Shown: positions 1-9,997, numbered from the stretch's first letter. The stretch: DNA of 64,000 nucleotides from an uncultured virus (IMG/VR IMGVR_UViG_3300028577_000007) (IMGVR_UViG_3300028577_000007); one strand, 5' to 3'. Numbers and translations: made by a program. The notes: generated by a model not told the origin, from the sequence alone.

Positions 1-423
1 CATACCTTCGTAGTAAGACGCGGCGACGGGGTGACAAATATCATCCCCGCCATTGATCATGAGGGTGTCGATCAGAAGCTCGGCCACGCGCGGCTGGGGC
101 TCGTAGGCCGTGACACTCCCCTTGTCGCCCGCGAGCTCCTTCAAGAGCAGCGTGTAGTAACCGAAGTTCGCGCCGACATCGATGCAGCGCATCCCAGGCT
201 TCACGTAGTCGACGATCGCCTGCGTCACCCACATTTCCCAGTAGCCGTTCAGGAGGAGATGGGGGGCGAGCGACAGGTCGCGCGTGTCGACGTACATCAG
301 GAATTTACCGAGCACGCGGCAGAGCGCCCGGTGGTCCCCGACGTAAGCCTGCTGCGTGTGCGCGCGGCACCATTTCTCGAGCGCGCTTCGGTCTTCTGCC
401 CCAAACAAATCTCTCAACTTCAT
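1..423 (-). CDS. FkbM-family SAM methyltransferase (3' end outside window)
   Basis: Manual translation from ATG 423: ...GYWEMWVTQAIVDYVKPGMRCIDVGANFGYYTLLL...AYEPQP; DVGAN.G motif. Confidence 0.85.
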   Translation of the reverse strand, partial: MKLRDLFGAEDRSALEKWCRAHTQQAYVGDHRALCRVLGKFLMYVDTRDLSLAPHLLLNGYWEMWVTQAIVDYVKPGMRCIDVGANFGYYTLLLKELAGDKGSVTAYEPQPRVAELLIDTLMINGGDDICHPVAASYYEGM

Positions 424-1052
424 CTGAACTTCTCCGGATGCAAATACCTGTCGGGATCTCCCCACAGCTCGCTAAACGCGATCACCTTTAATTTATGAGT
501 CCGCCCTTCGAGAAAATCAGTGATGATCCCTCGGATAACGGCTGTCGGGGTGACGTTCCAGGAATCGGCGTGGTGGTCGAGCGCGATTTGAGCGCCTCGG
601 GTGATGCGCGCTCGCGCTCGCGCGAGCCCCTTGCCGCCACTCTGGATCCGAAGCACCTCGCCGCGGTAGACCCAGCTCTCGCTCGTGACCCGAGGACGCG
701 CTGGGGTCACTAGGAGGTGGTGCACCAGGCTCCGCAGGATCGTCCCCCGATGCACGCGGAGGGTGCGACAGATCGCGACCCAGTCAGCCTCGATGGGCTT
801 CGGCAGGTAGACACCCACATCCGCGTAATCATGCCCGACGTAGCGCCGCCTACCTCGGACGACGCCGACGGCGCCCCGCTTCTTGAGCTCGCCCTCTCGC
901 TTTGCTTGGGCTTCACGGAGCACGTCGAGCCGTACCCCGAGACGCACCGCGAGATCGAGGGGGGAAATATCGACAGGAGCCGACCAGCGCGTCAACGTGA
1001 GCTGCCTGACTAGCCACTCCCGAAACGTGAGCTGATCATCGGCGGCCTTCAT
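420..1052 (-). CDS. Hypothetical protein, possibly two ribbon-helix-helix DNA-binding units
   Basis: 210-aa ORF with ATGA overlap; two segments resembling RHH (VYLPKPIEADW...TILRSLV; RITRGAQIAL...TAVIRGII). Confidence 0.5.
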   Translation of the reverse strand: MKAADDQLTFREWLVRQLTLTRWSAPVDISPLDLAVRLGVRLDVLREAQAKREGELKKRGAVGVVRGRRRYVGHDYADVGVYLPKPIEADWVAICRTLRVHRGTILRSLVHHLLVTPARPRVTSESWVYRGEVLRIQSGGKGLARARARITRGAQIALDHHADSWNVTPTAVIRGIITDFLEGRTHKLKVIAFSELWGDPDRYLHPEKFR

Positions 1053-1417
1053 GCGCCGAGAATGATCTTTGGCGCGTCATCGGGCACGTGCACGACGCGC
1101 GTCACGTAAGCGATGTTTTTGAAATCGAGCAACGTCGCGACCGTGGCAATGGTCCCTTTCACGGGCCCCGGCACCACGAAGGCCAGCTCGACGAAGTCCC
1201 CGGGGAGATCGCGCAAGACCGCGTACCGGATGAACTGCACCGCCGAGAAATTCCCGCCCTCGTCCTTGGTCTCCTGAGGGATCCATTGCTTGGACGTGGG
1301 CGCATCCGAGTACGCGAGCGCTTGGCGCTCGACGATGGTCACCGGCACGATCGGGATGTGGAGCTGCACGAGCACCGGGACGCCGAAAAAACTTGAAATC
1401 TCACTCTTGGTTTCCAT
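1049..1417 (-). CDS. Hypothetical protein
   Basis: 122-aa ORF coupled to neighbours. Confidence 0.6.
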   Translation of the reverse strand: METKSEISSFFGVPVLVQLHIPIVPVTIVERQALAYSDAPTSKQWIPQETKDEGGNFSAVQFIRYAVLRDLPGDFVELAFVVPGPVKGTIATVATLLDFKNIAYVTRVVHVPDDAPKIILGA

Positions 1418-1687
1418 TCACGAATCCTCTCTCGTAGGCACCGAAACTCCCCAGCGGATCCTTTCCTTCAGATCCGGGCGAGATCGCATGGTCTCCATTG
1501 CGTCCTTGGTTGCCTTGAGCAGTAGCCCTGCTGCCGCTGGACTGACATCCTTCACTAGCTCGGCCGCTTCCATGAGCGAATCGATACGGGTCATTTCTTC
1601 CAGATCCACCAGCATCTCTTGCACGATCTCTAGGGAGCAAGGCCAATTACTAGCCAAGATCCCGTCCCAGCGCTTGCCGGTGCTCAT
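1418..1687 (-). CDS. Hypothetical protein
   Basis: 89-aa ORF abutting both neighbours. Confidence 0.55.
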   Translation of the reverse strand: MSTGKRWDGILASNWPCSLEIVQEMLVDLEEMTRIDSLMEAAELVKDVSPAAAGLLLKATKDAMETMRSRPDLKERIRWGVSVPTREDS

Positions 1688-2574
1688 TCGCCCCTCTTGG
1701 TTTCGCTCGACACCAGGATCTCCGAGACTGCCCCGCGCCCAGAGCCGACCGAGTTGACGTTCCGGCGCGCCTGCACGGTCTTGATCTTAAGACCGTGATA
1801 GAGTTCCCGTGTCTCTGGGACATCGGAGTTCGAGAGAAGGACGGGGATGCGGTGGCGGGCGATTTCTCTCATCCAGCGCGCGAGCTCTTGCTGATGACCC
1901 TTCGTAAACCCAAAGGCGGTGTAGCTGGTGAAGTTCGCCGTGGGTCGCGTGGGCCAATACGGCGGGTCAAAATACACGAAGGTCGCGGGTAAATTGAAGA
2001 TGTCCACGCTCCAGAACGGCGCCCACCGAAGCTCGGCGCAAGCGAGCGCGTAGTGCGCTGACCAAATCGCTTCTTCGTCCAAGATCGTTGGCGGGATCTT
2101 GTGATGCCCGTAGGGCACGTTACAGATGGCTTTTTGGTTCACGCGCCAGAGGCCGTTGTAGCCGCACTTGTTGATGTAGAGGAAGCGCGCGGCCCGACCG
2201 ATCTCTGACCGTGGGACTACGTCACGCACCTCGTAGTAGCGCGACTCTCCGAAGCCTTTCTTCTTGAGTCGAGCGAGCGCGCGGATCAGCGACGCAGGCG
2301 AGCTCTGCACGGCTTCATAGAAGTTGATGAGCTCTTCGTTCGAGTCGGAGAGGATGGCCGACTTGAGCCTCCTCAAGCGCGCGAGCGCGAAGAAGACGGC
2401 GGCGCCCCCGAGGAATGGCTCGTAGTATTGGTCGATGGGTCCCGGGTGCAGGCGATCGATCTCTTTCAAGATCACGGGCAAGAGTTGGGTCTTGCCGCCA
2501 ACCCATTTCAGGAGCGGCTTCGCTTGCCTCACCCTGCGATCGGGATCTCCTGCCTGGATTCGTTTAGCGGACAT
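1684..2574 (-). CDS. dam: Dam-family DNA adenine methyltransferase
   Basis: LKWVGGK, YYEPFLGGAAVFF, YINKCGYNGLWRVN, VYFDPPY, LSNSD motifs. Confidence 0.93.
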   Translation of the reverse strand: MSAKRIQAGDPDRRVRQAKPLLKWVGGKTQLLPVILKEIDRLHPGPIDQYYEPFLGGAAVFFALARLRRLKSAILSDSNEELINFYEAVQSSPASLIRALARLKKKGFGESRYYEVRDVVPRSEIGRAARFLYINKCGYNGLWRVNQKAICNVPYGHHKIPPTILDEEAIWSAHYALACAELRWAPFWSVDIFNLPATFVYFDPPYWPTRPTANFTSYTAFGFTKGHQQELARWMREIARHRIPVLLSNSDVPETRELYHGLKIKTVQARRNVNSVGSGRGAVSEILVSSETKRGE

Positions 2575-3640
2575 TCTTCAGCCTTTCTATGAACGGCTCT
2601 AGGGAAGCTTCCCAGGACCAATTCGATCGCCAGATGTGGGCGTTGTCGAGCGCTGCCCTCTGGAGTTCGAGCCACGAGGTGCGCGCCCGGACCAGCGCCA
2701 GAGCGACGTCCATTGGATCCACAGCGGGCGCTCGGCTCCCTGGCAAATCGTCGATGGGACGCAGATCCTTCGTGGTCCCGATGATCACGGCGCCCGGAGT
2801 CGCCCTGGACAAATACTCCGTGTGCCCCGTGACCGCGGTCGCGACGACGGGCACCCCGCACGCCAGGGCCTCGAGCGGGACGAGCCCGAACCCCTCGCCG
2901 CGAGACGGCTGACACACGACGTGCGAGCGAGCAAGTGATCGCGCCATGCGCTCGGGCGGAAGATCTGCGCGATCGACGATCTTGATCGAGTCGTCGATGG
3001 GCCCGGCCTCTCCATCGAGGAGAGCCTCCTCGAGCGCAAGACGCGCGGGGTAGTCCATCACGCAGAGCAGCTTCCCGGCGCGGGGGATGCTTTGCCACCC
3101 CTGAATGAGCTCGAGGGTCCCCTTACGCTGCCGCGCGCTCGTCGAGAGATGCAGCACCCGGAATTCGTTTTCCTGAAACGCGCGCCTCGTCTCCACCGAA
3201 AGCTCAGCGAGCACGCGGTACTCAAGCGAAACCCCGTGCGGCACGATCAGGATCGGCCACGCAGGCAGAAATTTCGCCACGACGACGGCGGCCCACGCGC
3301 TCGGTGCCATGAGCGTTATGTCGTACCGATCCTGGTAGCCTGCGATTTCGCGCACGAGGCTCTCGGGGAGCTGGTCAGAGTTCGGGGTGACCATGACGAA
3401 GTGATGCTCGTGTTTCCCCCGCTCGAACATCTGCCCGACCGCTCCGAGCGGGCCAACGTAGACGCCGTAGCGCGCGTCGGCGCCATCGGTCGGGCACTCC
3501 CCATCTACGAAGCTCCCCGCCTCGTCGACCGCGTAGATACCGCGGAGGAGTCCCGCCTTCGTGAGCGCCCCCTCGAACCCTCGCATCACCGTCGCGAGCG
3601 ATCCGTAACCGAGGCGCTTGCCGTAGAGTCGCGCGGTCAT
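2564..3640 (-). CDS. GT4-like glycosyltransferase
   Basis: RKG and PSRGEGFGLVPLEALACGVPVV motifs. Confidence 0.9.
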   Translation of the reverse strand: MTARLYGKRLGYGSLATVMRGFEGALTKAGLLRGIYAVDEAGSFVDGECPTDGADARYGVYVGPLGAVGQMFERGKHEHHFVMVTPNSDQLPESLVREIAGYQDRYDITLMAPSAWAAVVVAKFLPAWPILIVPHGVSLEYRVLAELSVETRRAFQENEFRVLHLSTSARQRKGTLELIQGWQSIPRAGKLLCVMDYPARLALEEALLDGEAGPIDDSIKIVDRADLPPERMARSLARSHVVCQPSRGEGFGLVPLEALACGVPVVATAVTGHTEYLSRATPGAVIIGTTKDLRPIDDLPGSRAPAVDPMDVALALVRARTSWLELQRAALDNAHIWRSNWSWEASLEPFIERLKNVR

Positions 3641-4989
3641 GTGCTTGAGGCCCGAGCAGCATAATCAAGGTAGAGCGCGGTGGTCGAGCGCTTCGCCCGC
3701 TCGAGCACGCGGCGCTGCATGAGCCTCCCTACGCTCGTCAGTGTGTGCCGCTCGAGATCGATCGAGTCCGGACGGTCGTGCCTCCCCGGAGCCCACGCTC
3801 TCTTCAGCGCGGAGCCGAGCGCGCTAAGATCGTAGCGCACCCACTCGGCGTTAGGCTCCCAGCCGTAGGAGCGCGGCACGGGCTCGAGCCCGCGTGGCGC
3901 GACGACTGAGTGCCCATTGCCGAGGTAGTCTTCGACGCCGCCCGAGGGCACGTAGCAGACGTTGTTGCCCGCGAGCGCCGCCTCGAAGGCGGGTAGGTTC
4001 CAGGCCTCGCCGTGCGACGACGAAACGTAGATGTTGTTCCGGTAGTGGAGCTCCAGGATGGCCTGGCGCGGAAAGCGGCCCTCGATGAGCTTCACGCGCT
4101 CGCGGATCTTTTCTGGGGTCCAGCCTCTCGCCTTAAAGTAAGGATCCACGGCGGAAGCGGCCATCACTTCCTCGGGCGTCTTGTACCCGGGCCATTTGCC
4201 GCCCGTGTACTTGATCGTGAGGATCGCGTTGTCCTTCGGCGTGAACTCCATCAAGAACGCGCCCACGAGCTCCGCGTAGCCCTTCCGCGGCTCCCAGCGA
4301 CCGATGGAGTAAAACTTCTTCCACGAGGCATCAGCCTTCCGGCGGCGAAGCTTCAGGATCGGATCCGACGGGTCGTACGGGTGAGGCACGACGAAGATCT
4401 TCTCTTGCGGAACGCCGCTCGACGCGAGCATGCGAGCGTTCGCGTGGCAGGGGACCCAGCACTCGGCGACCCGGGATAAGATCTTCACGATGGCCGGATC
4501 GACCAGGCTCCGCTCCCAGACCGAGTAAACGACGGTCGCATCGTAGATGCGCTGCCGGAGCCCCGCCTGCTCCTCGAACGTTCCCCCGAGGGCGCCCTGA
4601 GGCATGACCGTGCGCTTCAGGTGCTCGGCATTTGCCACGACGAGGTGGTGAATGATCGGGAAGTACTCGCTCGCCGTCGTGAGTTGGAGTTTTCCCACCT
4701 CGCGGGCGACATCGGGGTCGGGATCGATCGAGTGCGCCGGTCGAATGACCCCGTGCTCGTCGGTGACGCTCGCCGTGTAGCTCCGGAGCAGGACCGGGAT
4801 GCCCGCCCCCGCGAGCGCGCGCGCGTGAGCGCGCACGGCGACCGCTGTGCCGTCCCAAGGCGTCTCGAACTCCCCGCGGTACATGACCGCGTACGGGTAC
4901 TCGGCGCGGCGCCCGCCACCGAAAAACGCCGCCGTTGGCTCTGGCCTCTGGAACGGCAACGGCGGCAGATCAGAAGGGATCTCGCTCAT
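3637..4989 (-). CDS. GT4-like glycosyltransferase
   Basis: SIGRWEPRKG and SSHGEAWNLPAFEAALAG motifs. Confidence 0.88.
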   Translation of the reverse strand: MSEIPSDLPPLPFQRPEPTAAFFGGGRRAEYPYAVMYRGEFETPWDGTAVAVRAHARALAGAGIPVLLRSYTASVTDEHGVIRPAHSIDPDPDVAREVGKLQLTTASEYFPIIHHLVVANAEHLKRTVMPQGALGGTFEEQAGLRQRIYDATVVYSVWERSLVDPAIVKILSRVAECWVPCHANARMLASSGVPQEKIFVVPHPYDPSDPILKLRRRKADASWKKFYSIGRWEPRKGYAELVGAFLMEFTPKDNAILTIKYTGGKWPGYKTPEEVMAASAVDPYFKARGWTPEKIRERVKLIEGRFPRQAILELHYRNNIYVSSSHGEAWNLPAFEAALAGNNVCYVPSGGVEDYLGNGHSVVAPRGLEPVPRSYGWEPNAEWVRYDLSALGSALKRAWAPGRHDRPDSIDLERHTLTSVGRLMQRRVLERAKRSTTALYLDYAARASST

Positions 4990-5489
4990 CTTATGCGACT
5001 CGCTAAGGCCAGCGCCAAAAGGCTGGCCACAAGCAAAGTGGTCAGGAATCCTACAAGGAGATAGTAGTACCGTCGATCCGGCTCCGGCTCCGGCTCCCTG
5101 CTGCCCTGGAACCCTTGCGCACCCTGCGCGCCTCCCTGTCGGTCGTCCACGCGCTCACCTTGCTCCTTCCCGTCGAAAATATTCTCGGTGATCTGGCGCC
5201 CGAGACAACCTTCCTCCATCCGCGCGGCCCTGTGCAGGGCACAGTAATGCCGATCGCCCACCATGAGCCATGAGTTGTTCAGAGGGTCGCCCGATGTTCG
5301 GACCGTGTACCCATCGATAGCGGTTCGGGACTCTTTGCACCCGACCCCGTCACACGTGAACGTCTCCAGCCTCTCCTCCGGACGAATCACAGGCGCCTCA
5401 TTGATCCCTTCAAATCGGTTGCCGAAGATCCCATTGTCGTTCCCCTCACCGAAAATCCCGCCACGTATAGGCTCCTTCTTCACAGCCAT
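4986..5489 (-). CDS. Hypothetical protein with Cys/His cluster and C-terminal TM helix
   Basis: Start re-assigned to ATG 5489 (MAVKKEP); CDGVGC...HYCALH; hydrophobic C-terminus. Confidence 0.55.
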   Translation of the reverse strand: MAVKKEPIRGGIFGEGNDNGIFGNRFEGINEAPVIRPEERLETFTCDGVGCKESRTAIDGYTVRTSGDPLNNSWLMVGDRHYCALHRAARMEEGCLGRQITENIFDGKEQGERVDDRQGGAQGAQGFQGSREPEPEPDRRYYYLLVGFLTTLLVASLLALALASRIR

Positions 5490-6046
5490 CGAAGCACCGA
5501 GTTGTCGATCACGAAGGCGCGCGAGCACGTCGGGCACCGCGTCACATCCGTCAGGTGGATCGTGCCCGCCAGGTACACGAACTCCGTCGGGATGAGCGGG
5601 TTCACCCAGAGCTCGCCCTTGCGTCGCTCGTCGAGCTCGAACTTCCTGTGCCGCGATCGAATCGTCATCTGCGCTTCGGCCGACCCGAACCGCACCGCGC
5701 AGAACGGGCAGCACACGACCAGCATGAGCCCCTGCCCGGTCTCATCGTCGCGGTCGACCGTGAGCTCGCAGACGATGTACTCCTCGGCCTTGCCGTCAGA
5801 GTTTCGGATCTCGAGCACGATGCTCGCGTGGGAGCCGGCGCCGCCGAGCTTCGTCGTCGAGATACGCGCGTTCGGGTCGGTAAGGGTCGCGAGCCGACGC
5901 TTGTCCTCCTCGGCGCGGCGACGCTCGGCGTCCTGCCGCTTTGCCTGGAGCTGCTTCTCGAAGTCGCTCGTGATGGATCCCCCTCTCACGAACGAGGTCA
6001 TGGGGGCTGAGACTTCGCGCGGGGGCGCGGATTTTTCATCTGTCAT
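5480..6046 (-). CDS. Zn-ribbon hypothetical protein
   Basis: Start ATG 6046 (MTDEK); CCPFC and RCPTC motifs. Confidence 0.6.
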   Translation of the reverse strand: MTDEKSAPPREVSAPMTSFVRGGSITSDFEKQLQAKRQDAERRRAEEDKRRLATLTDPNARISTTKLGGAGSHASIVLEIRNSDGKAEEYIVCELTVDRDDETGQGLMLVVCCPFCAVRFGSAEAQMTIRSRHRKFELDERRKGELWVNPLIPTEFVYLAGTIHLTDVTRCPTCSRAFVIDNSVLRWL

Positions 6047-6111
6047 GCGGGCAGCTGCGAGATAGCACACAGCTGTCTCCCGCTGCAAGCGCGGAATTGG
6101 CGAGCTTCGGA

Positions 6112-6363
6112 CTAAGCCGCTTTCTTGCTGAAAGCTCGAATCAGGAGCGTGACCACCAGCGTCGTCGCGACGCCGGCCACGATCGGAAAGAGCAGGCTCT
6201 CTTTAGCCGCCTCGACGAGGGACGTGCGAACGCCGTTCACGCAGCCCGCGCACTCGGGGAAGTCAGCGCTCGCGCCGTCGGGGCAGATCTCGCAGTCCCC
6301 GCCGGATGCAATCGTGCACGGCCCGCAGGCATCTCCGAGTCCACGAATCGCCGCGTAGCTCAT
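6112..6363 (-). CDS. Small tail-anchored Cys-rich putative virion protein (GLG motif)
   Basis: MSYAAIRGLGDAC...; C-terminal TM helix followed by KK. Confidence 0.7.
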   Translation of the reverse strand: MSYAAIRGLGDACGPCTIASGGDCEICPDGASADFPECAGCVNGVRTSLVEAAKESLLFPIVAGVATTLVVTLLIRAFSKKAA

Positions 6364-6370
6364 GGCCCGT

Positions 6371-6565
6371 CTATTTCTTGAACGATACCCAGATCGCGAG
6401 CGCCGTGATGCCCGCGATGATCACGGCCGGCACGATCACGTCGCGACGCACGGTGCCGGCGTTCGTGGTGAGCGGCTCACTCGTCACGTCGCCTGTGGCT
6501 CGAGCTGCGCAGGGGCAGCCGAGGCCGTCCATCGGTCGGTAGGTGCTCACTTGCGGGAACATCAC
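6371..6565 (-). CDS. Small tail-anchored putative virion protein (GLG motif)
   Basis: MDGLGC; C-terminal TM plus KK. Confidence 0.65.
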   Translation of the reverse strand: MMFPQVSTYRPMDGLGCPCAARATGDVTSEPLTTNAGTVRRDVIVPAVIIAGITALAIWVSFKK

Positions 6566-7059
6566 TTCCCGTGCTTCGCGCGGTATTGGCGCGTGTACTC
6601 GGCCGCGTTGGCGTCGGACTGACGCTTGATCTCGGCGATCTCTTTCGTCGTGAAGAGCGTGCTCGGCGTGCTCCGTTTTCCATGTAGCGGGCCGCCCGGT
6701 GATTTCGCGCCGAGGTACAAGACGCCGCCGACGATCGCGACCATGCCGAGAATGATGAACGTCGCGGAGCTGGACGAGCCGGCCGCGTCGTCCCCCAAAC
6801 CCGAGATCGGCGCCTCGTACTCAGGCTTGTAGTACGCGCCGAGCCCATTGATGGAAGCCTCGTACTCAGGCTTGTAGTACGCGCCGACGGCGCGGAGTCC
6901 GCCGAGCCCTTCGACCGCTAAGCGCGGGGGGCCGACGAGGTTCGGGTTCACGCCGAAGGAGGGCCAGGGCGCGCTCTTCCAGCCCTCGGAGCCTGCATGC
7001 CAGGGGGAATCCGGCATGTGCATCTGGTAGTACTGGGGCTTGATTTCTGCGTAGCTCAT
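6562..7059 (-). CDS. Putative virion membrane protein with three GLG motifs
   Basis: VEGLG, INGLG, ISGLG; duplicated GAYYKPEYEA; TM helix. Confidence 0.7.
   Translation of the reverse strand: MSYAEIKPQYYQMHMPDSPWHAGSEGWKSAPWPSFGVNPNLVGPPRLAVEGLGGLRAVGAYYKPEYEASINGLGAYYKPEYEAPISGLGDDAAGSSSSATFIILGMVAIVGGVLYLGAKSPGGPLHGKRSTPSTLFTTKEIAEIKRQSDANAAEYTRQYRAKHGK
6812..6886. repeat. Two-copy 45-nt-period repeat encoding GAYYKPEYEA
   Basis: gcctcgtactcaggcttgtagtacgcgccga occurs twice. Confidence 0.85.
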
Positions 7060-7754
7060 GATCGTTTGCCCTCTTCGTGCGCTTTCTTCAGCAGATCGAA
7101 CGCCACTCTAACTTCTTTGAACCGCACTTCGGCAGCGTGCCGATCTTGTGGGTTACGATCGGGGTGGTACCGAACCAGCAAGTCCTTGTAGGCCGACTCC
7201 ACCTGCGCCCAGCTCGAGCGACGGGTGACGTGGAGCACTTTGCGGGCGGCAGTGAGGCGAGCCTGAAGGGTCGGATCTGACGGAGGAGGCGGCGGGGGCT
7301 TCGGCTCGTACCGGCTCTCGGGCGACGCATCGGGAGGTGGCGCTCCCGGATGGGGCGAATGACCACGAGCGTGCGGGGGCCATTCCACGCGCGGGCCTGG
7401 GGCGGCGGGACCCGCGTGATCGTCGATGTCCTGCTTGACGCAGGCAAAGCACACCGCTTGCCCTGAGCGCGCAACGAAGGCGTGATCGAGACACACGGGC
7501 TTTCGGCAAACCGAGCAGCCGGCGATGGCAGGCGACTGGCACGGGATGCCGATGCCGAGCGTCGGGTGACGAGCGAGGACTTCACAGGGGATGCCGAGGA
7601 GGAGGTGCTGGAGCCAGTGCTGGGAGGCAGAGCGCGTGAGATCTTGCACCCAGGGACCGATCGCGTAGAGGACGTTCTTTGGGCCCTCGGGAGCGGCGTC
7701 GGTGAGCGCCGACGCGAAGCGTCCGAGCGCGCCGAGGAAGCTCTCCTTCGCCAT
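7056..7754 (-). CDS. Zn-finger plus C-terminal J-domain (DnaJ-like co-chaperone)
   Basis: AYKDLLVRYHPDRNP...FKEVRVAFDLL with HPD; N-terminal CxxC...CxxH...CxxC. Confidence 0.85.
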   Translation of the reverse strand: MAKESFLGALGRFASALTDAAPEGPKNVLYAIGPWVQDLTRSASQHWLQHLLLGIPCEVLARHPTLGIGIPCQSPAIAGCSVCRKPVCLDHAFVARSGQAVCFACVKQDIDDHAGPAAPGPRVEWPPHARGHSPHPGAPPPDASPESRYEPKPPPPPPSDPTLQARLTAARKVLHVTRRSSWAQVESAYKDLLVRYHPDRNPQDRHAAEVRFKEVRVAFDLLKKAHEEGKRS

Positions 7755-7775
7755 GCCTGGGATCGTACCACCAGA

Positions 7776-8375
7776 TCACCGCTTCATGTACAGGTAGCCG
7801 ACCGCAAGCGCCAGGACGGCGCCGCCGATCGCGACGCCCTTGGTGAGCTGTGCGATCTTGGTATCGGTGGCGCTCGTCGCAGCAGTGAGATTGTCCTGCG
7901 TAACGGGCAATACCGAGCTCGGAACGATGCTCGTCGCATCCCCGAGCACCCCGTCCCGGAACGTGTACCCCAAGCCCTGCATGGCTCGATCGCTGAAGGC
8001 TGGCAGGAACGTCCTCCCAAGCGTGCCGTCGGCGTAAGACGTGCCCGCTCCTGACACGCTCTGGTACCGACCCGGAGGGAGCGGCGTCGTGCGGCGACCG
8101 ACTGGCGTCTGCTTGTGAGACCGCACCATCGTCGGCACGAGCGACGACGTGGCGCCGAGACCACTCACGCCGCCCCGAGTCAGCGGCGTGATCCTGCGAC
8201 TCGCGCCCATGTAGTGACCCCTTCGCATCTGCGTCAGGAAGCGCGAGCCAGACTGCTTCGACGCGCCGAGCCCGCCGTCCCCGAACTGACTCACGCTCGC
8301 TTGGTAGGCCTGGTAGGGCGCGGCTTGGGAAAAGAGTCCGTCGTTGTAGGCCGCTTCTCCGACTGCTTTGTACAT
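7776..8375 (-). CDS. Tail-anchored putative virion protein (GLG motifs)
   Basis: Start ATG 8375; VSGLG, MQGLG; ends LAVGYLYMKR. Confidence 0.7.
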   Translation of the reverse strand: MYKAVGEAAYNDGLFSQAAPYQAYQASVSQFGDGGLGASKQSGSRFLTQMRRGHYMGASRRITPLTRGGVSGLGATSSLVPTMVRSHKQTPVGRRTTPLPPGRYQSVSGAGTSYADGTLGRTFLPAFSDRAMQGLGYTFRDGVLGDATSIVPSSVLPVTQDNLTAATSATDTKIAQLTKGVAIGGAVLALAVGYLYMKR

Positions 8376-8403
8376 TGGGATCGATCCTTTTTTCTTTCTG
8401 ACT

Positions 8404-8601
8404 TTACCGGCGACCACTCAGCACGAAGCGGCCAATGATGAGCCCGATGGCCCCGCCCACGAGCAGCCCGAACATCTCCGACTGCCCGCTCGCCGAGCGC
8501 ACCTGCACGCAGGTGTTGAGCTCGGCCCCGTCCGGGTAGAACGACGCGCAGCTCTTCTGGATGGAGTCGATGCTCCGAAAGGCGTCGAGCGGGTACGTCA
8601 C
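8404..8601 (-). CDS. Small tail-anchored membrane protein
   Basis: 65 aa, C-terminal TM plus RR; lies just downstream of a promoter. Confidence 0.6.
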   Translation of the reverse strand: MTYPLDAFRSIDSIQKSCASFYPDGAELNTCVQVRSASGQSEMFGLLVGGAIGLIIGRFVLSGRR

Positions 8602-8607
8602 AGGGCG

Positions 8608-8643
8608 ATACTACCCAGTAGAGCGAGGTTCTCGCAACTTTTC
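8608..8643 (-). promoter_or_regulatory. Putative sigma70-like promoter (AAAAG TTGCGA-N18-TAGTAT)
   Basis: Same layout as the promoters at 17967-18000 and 30301-30336. Confidence 0.6.
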
Positions 8644-8666
8644 AGGGCGCTAGAGCGCCTCCGCGA

Positions 8667-8939
8667 CTAAGGCTGCCCCCCGATTGACCTGATCATTTCA
8701 TCGAATTCATCAGCTAGGGCAGCACCCTTGTCGGCGGCGGCCCGGAGCTGCGCCTGGCACGCCGTGATCAGCGCCTGTACCGTTCCCCATCGGCCAAGCA
8801 CACGCCGGGCGAATTCATGGTTGTCGTGAATGAGCCACTCTTGCTCCGAGAGCCTCAGCGCTCCACAAATTCGGCACCACTGCACGGTTTGAGGGGCAGT
8901 GACTACTAGTCGGACGTATCCGGGCGGGTGTTCGCACAT
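8667..8939 (-). CDS. Hypothetical protein
   Basis: 90-aa ORF, CEH...WCRICG. Confidence 0.5.
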   Translation of the reverse strand: MCEHPPGYVRLVVTAPQTVQWCRICGALRLSEQEWLIHDNHEFARRVLGRWGTVQALITACQAQLRAAADKGAALADEFDEMIRSIGGQP

Positions 8940-8968
8940 GGGCGGAGCCTAACCCAAACCCGTGCCCT

Positions 8969-9988
8969 TCAGGGCAGGATCGCAAGCTCATCCCAGCCGC
9001 ACGCTTCGCGGGCGAGGACTACGTCGCTCATCCCGGCCTGGTTCGGGTTGAAGAGCCGCCCTTGACCGCTCGTCATGCCCGGATCGAGCCCGTGCTTGTG
9101 GCGAAGGAAGAGCTCGTCCCGGGCCGCGTCGTCGAGCTTCGCCTCGGCGAAGAGGAGCGAGAGGAGGTTCATGGCGCCGGGGGCGAGCCCGCGCACATCG
9201 AGCGCGAGGAGGGCATAGGGGTCGGCTTCTGAGACCCAGTCCGAGTCCTCCTGCACCTCGCGCCAGAGTAGCTCGAGGGACTCCTGCACGGAAACGCCTT
9301 TCGGGATCTCGACGTTCATGGCGGCGCAGACGAGGTGGCGTCCGTCAGCTGCCTCGTATTCTAGGACTTCGACATCCTTCTTGGTGGTCTTCTCGATGTC
9401 GACGTTGACCGAATTGACGTAGACCACTTCGCCTTCGTCCACGAAGCGATCGAGATCGCTCGGGCTGAGCTCGAGATCTACGTTTTCATCCTTTTCGGTC
9501 TCCTCTTCATGGCGCGTTTCCGCAAGCCCGATCTTCACGGCGGACGCCCACCATTTGTCAGCTTCGTTCGAGCGGTTGTCGGTCCAGGAGCAGATCCCGT
9601 CGCCCGTGCCTCGCATCCGGAGCTTGACCCGATCGTAAAACTCCTGGTGCGCGCCGAGCGTGAGCGCCGTGTAGAGCGCTGTTCCCCAGCCCTTGCCCTT
9701 GATGACGACGCCGTCGGGCGTGTGCGATCTCGGGAACCCTGTGAGCCGCTCGGGCTCGTTCCGTTCCTCTTCGTAGTAGCCACGCCCGAGGCGACGGAGG
9801 AGCGCAGACTCGCCGAGGCTTCGGATGCTCACGTACTCGCCGTCGGTCACGACGAGCGCGGGCTCGTGCGTCTTCGGATTGGCGACGAGCCCCAAGACCG
9901 TGAGCCCAGCGATCGTAAAGTCAAAGCGCGGAGCTGGAGCTGGAGCGGCCGGAGGCGGCGTAAGCTGGTTACTTCGAAGACGACGCAT
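8969..9988 (-). CDS. Hypothetical protein with GNAT acetyltransferase-like motif
   Basis: IKGKGWGTALY resembles the GNAT acetyl-CoA-binding motif A. Confidence 0.5.
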   Translation of the reverse strand: MRRLRSNQLTPPPAAPAPAPRFDFTIAGLTVLGLVANPKTHEPALVVTDGEYVSIRSLGESALLRRLGRGYYEEERNEPERLTGFPRSHTPDGVVIKGKGWGTALYTALTLGAHQEFYDRVKLRMRGTGDGICSWTDNRSNEADKWWASAVKIGLAETRHEEETEKDENVDLELSPSDLDRFVDEGEVVYVNSVNVDIEKTTKKDVEVLEYEAADGRHLVCAAMNVEIPKGVSVQESLELLWREVQEDSDWVSEADPYALLALDVRGLAPGAMNLLSLLFAEAKLDDAARDELFLRHKHGLDPGMTSGQGRLFNPNQAGMSDVVLAREACGWDELAILP

Positions 9989-9997
9989 CGGGCTACT

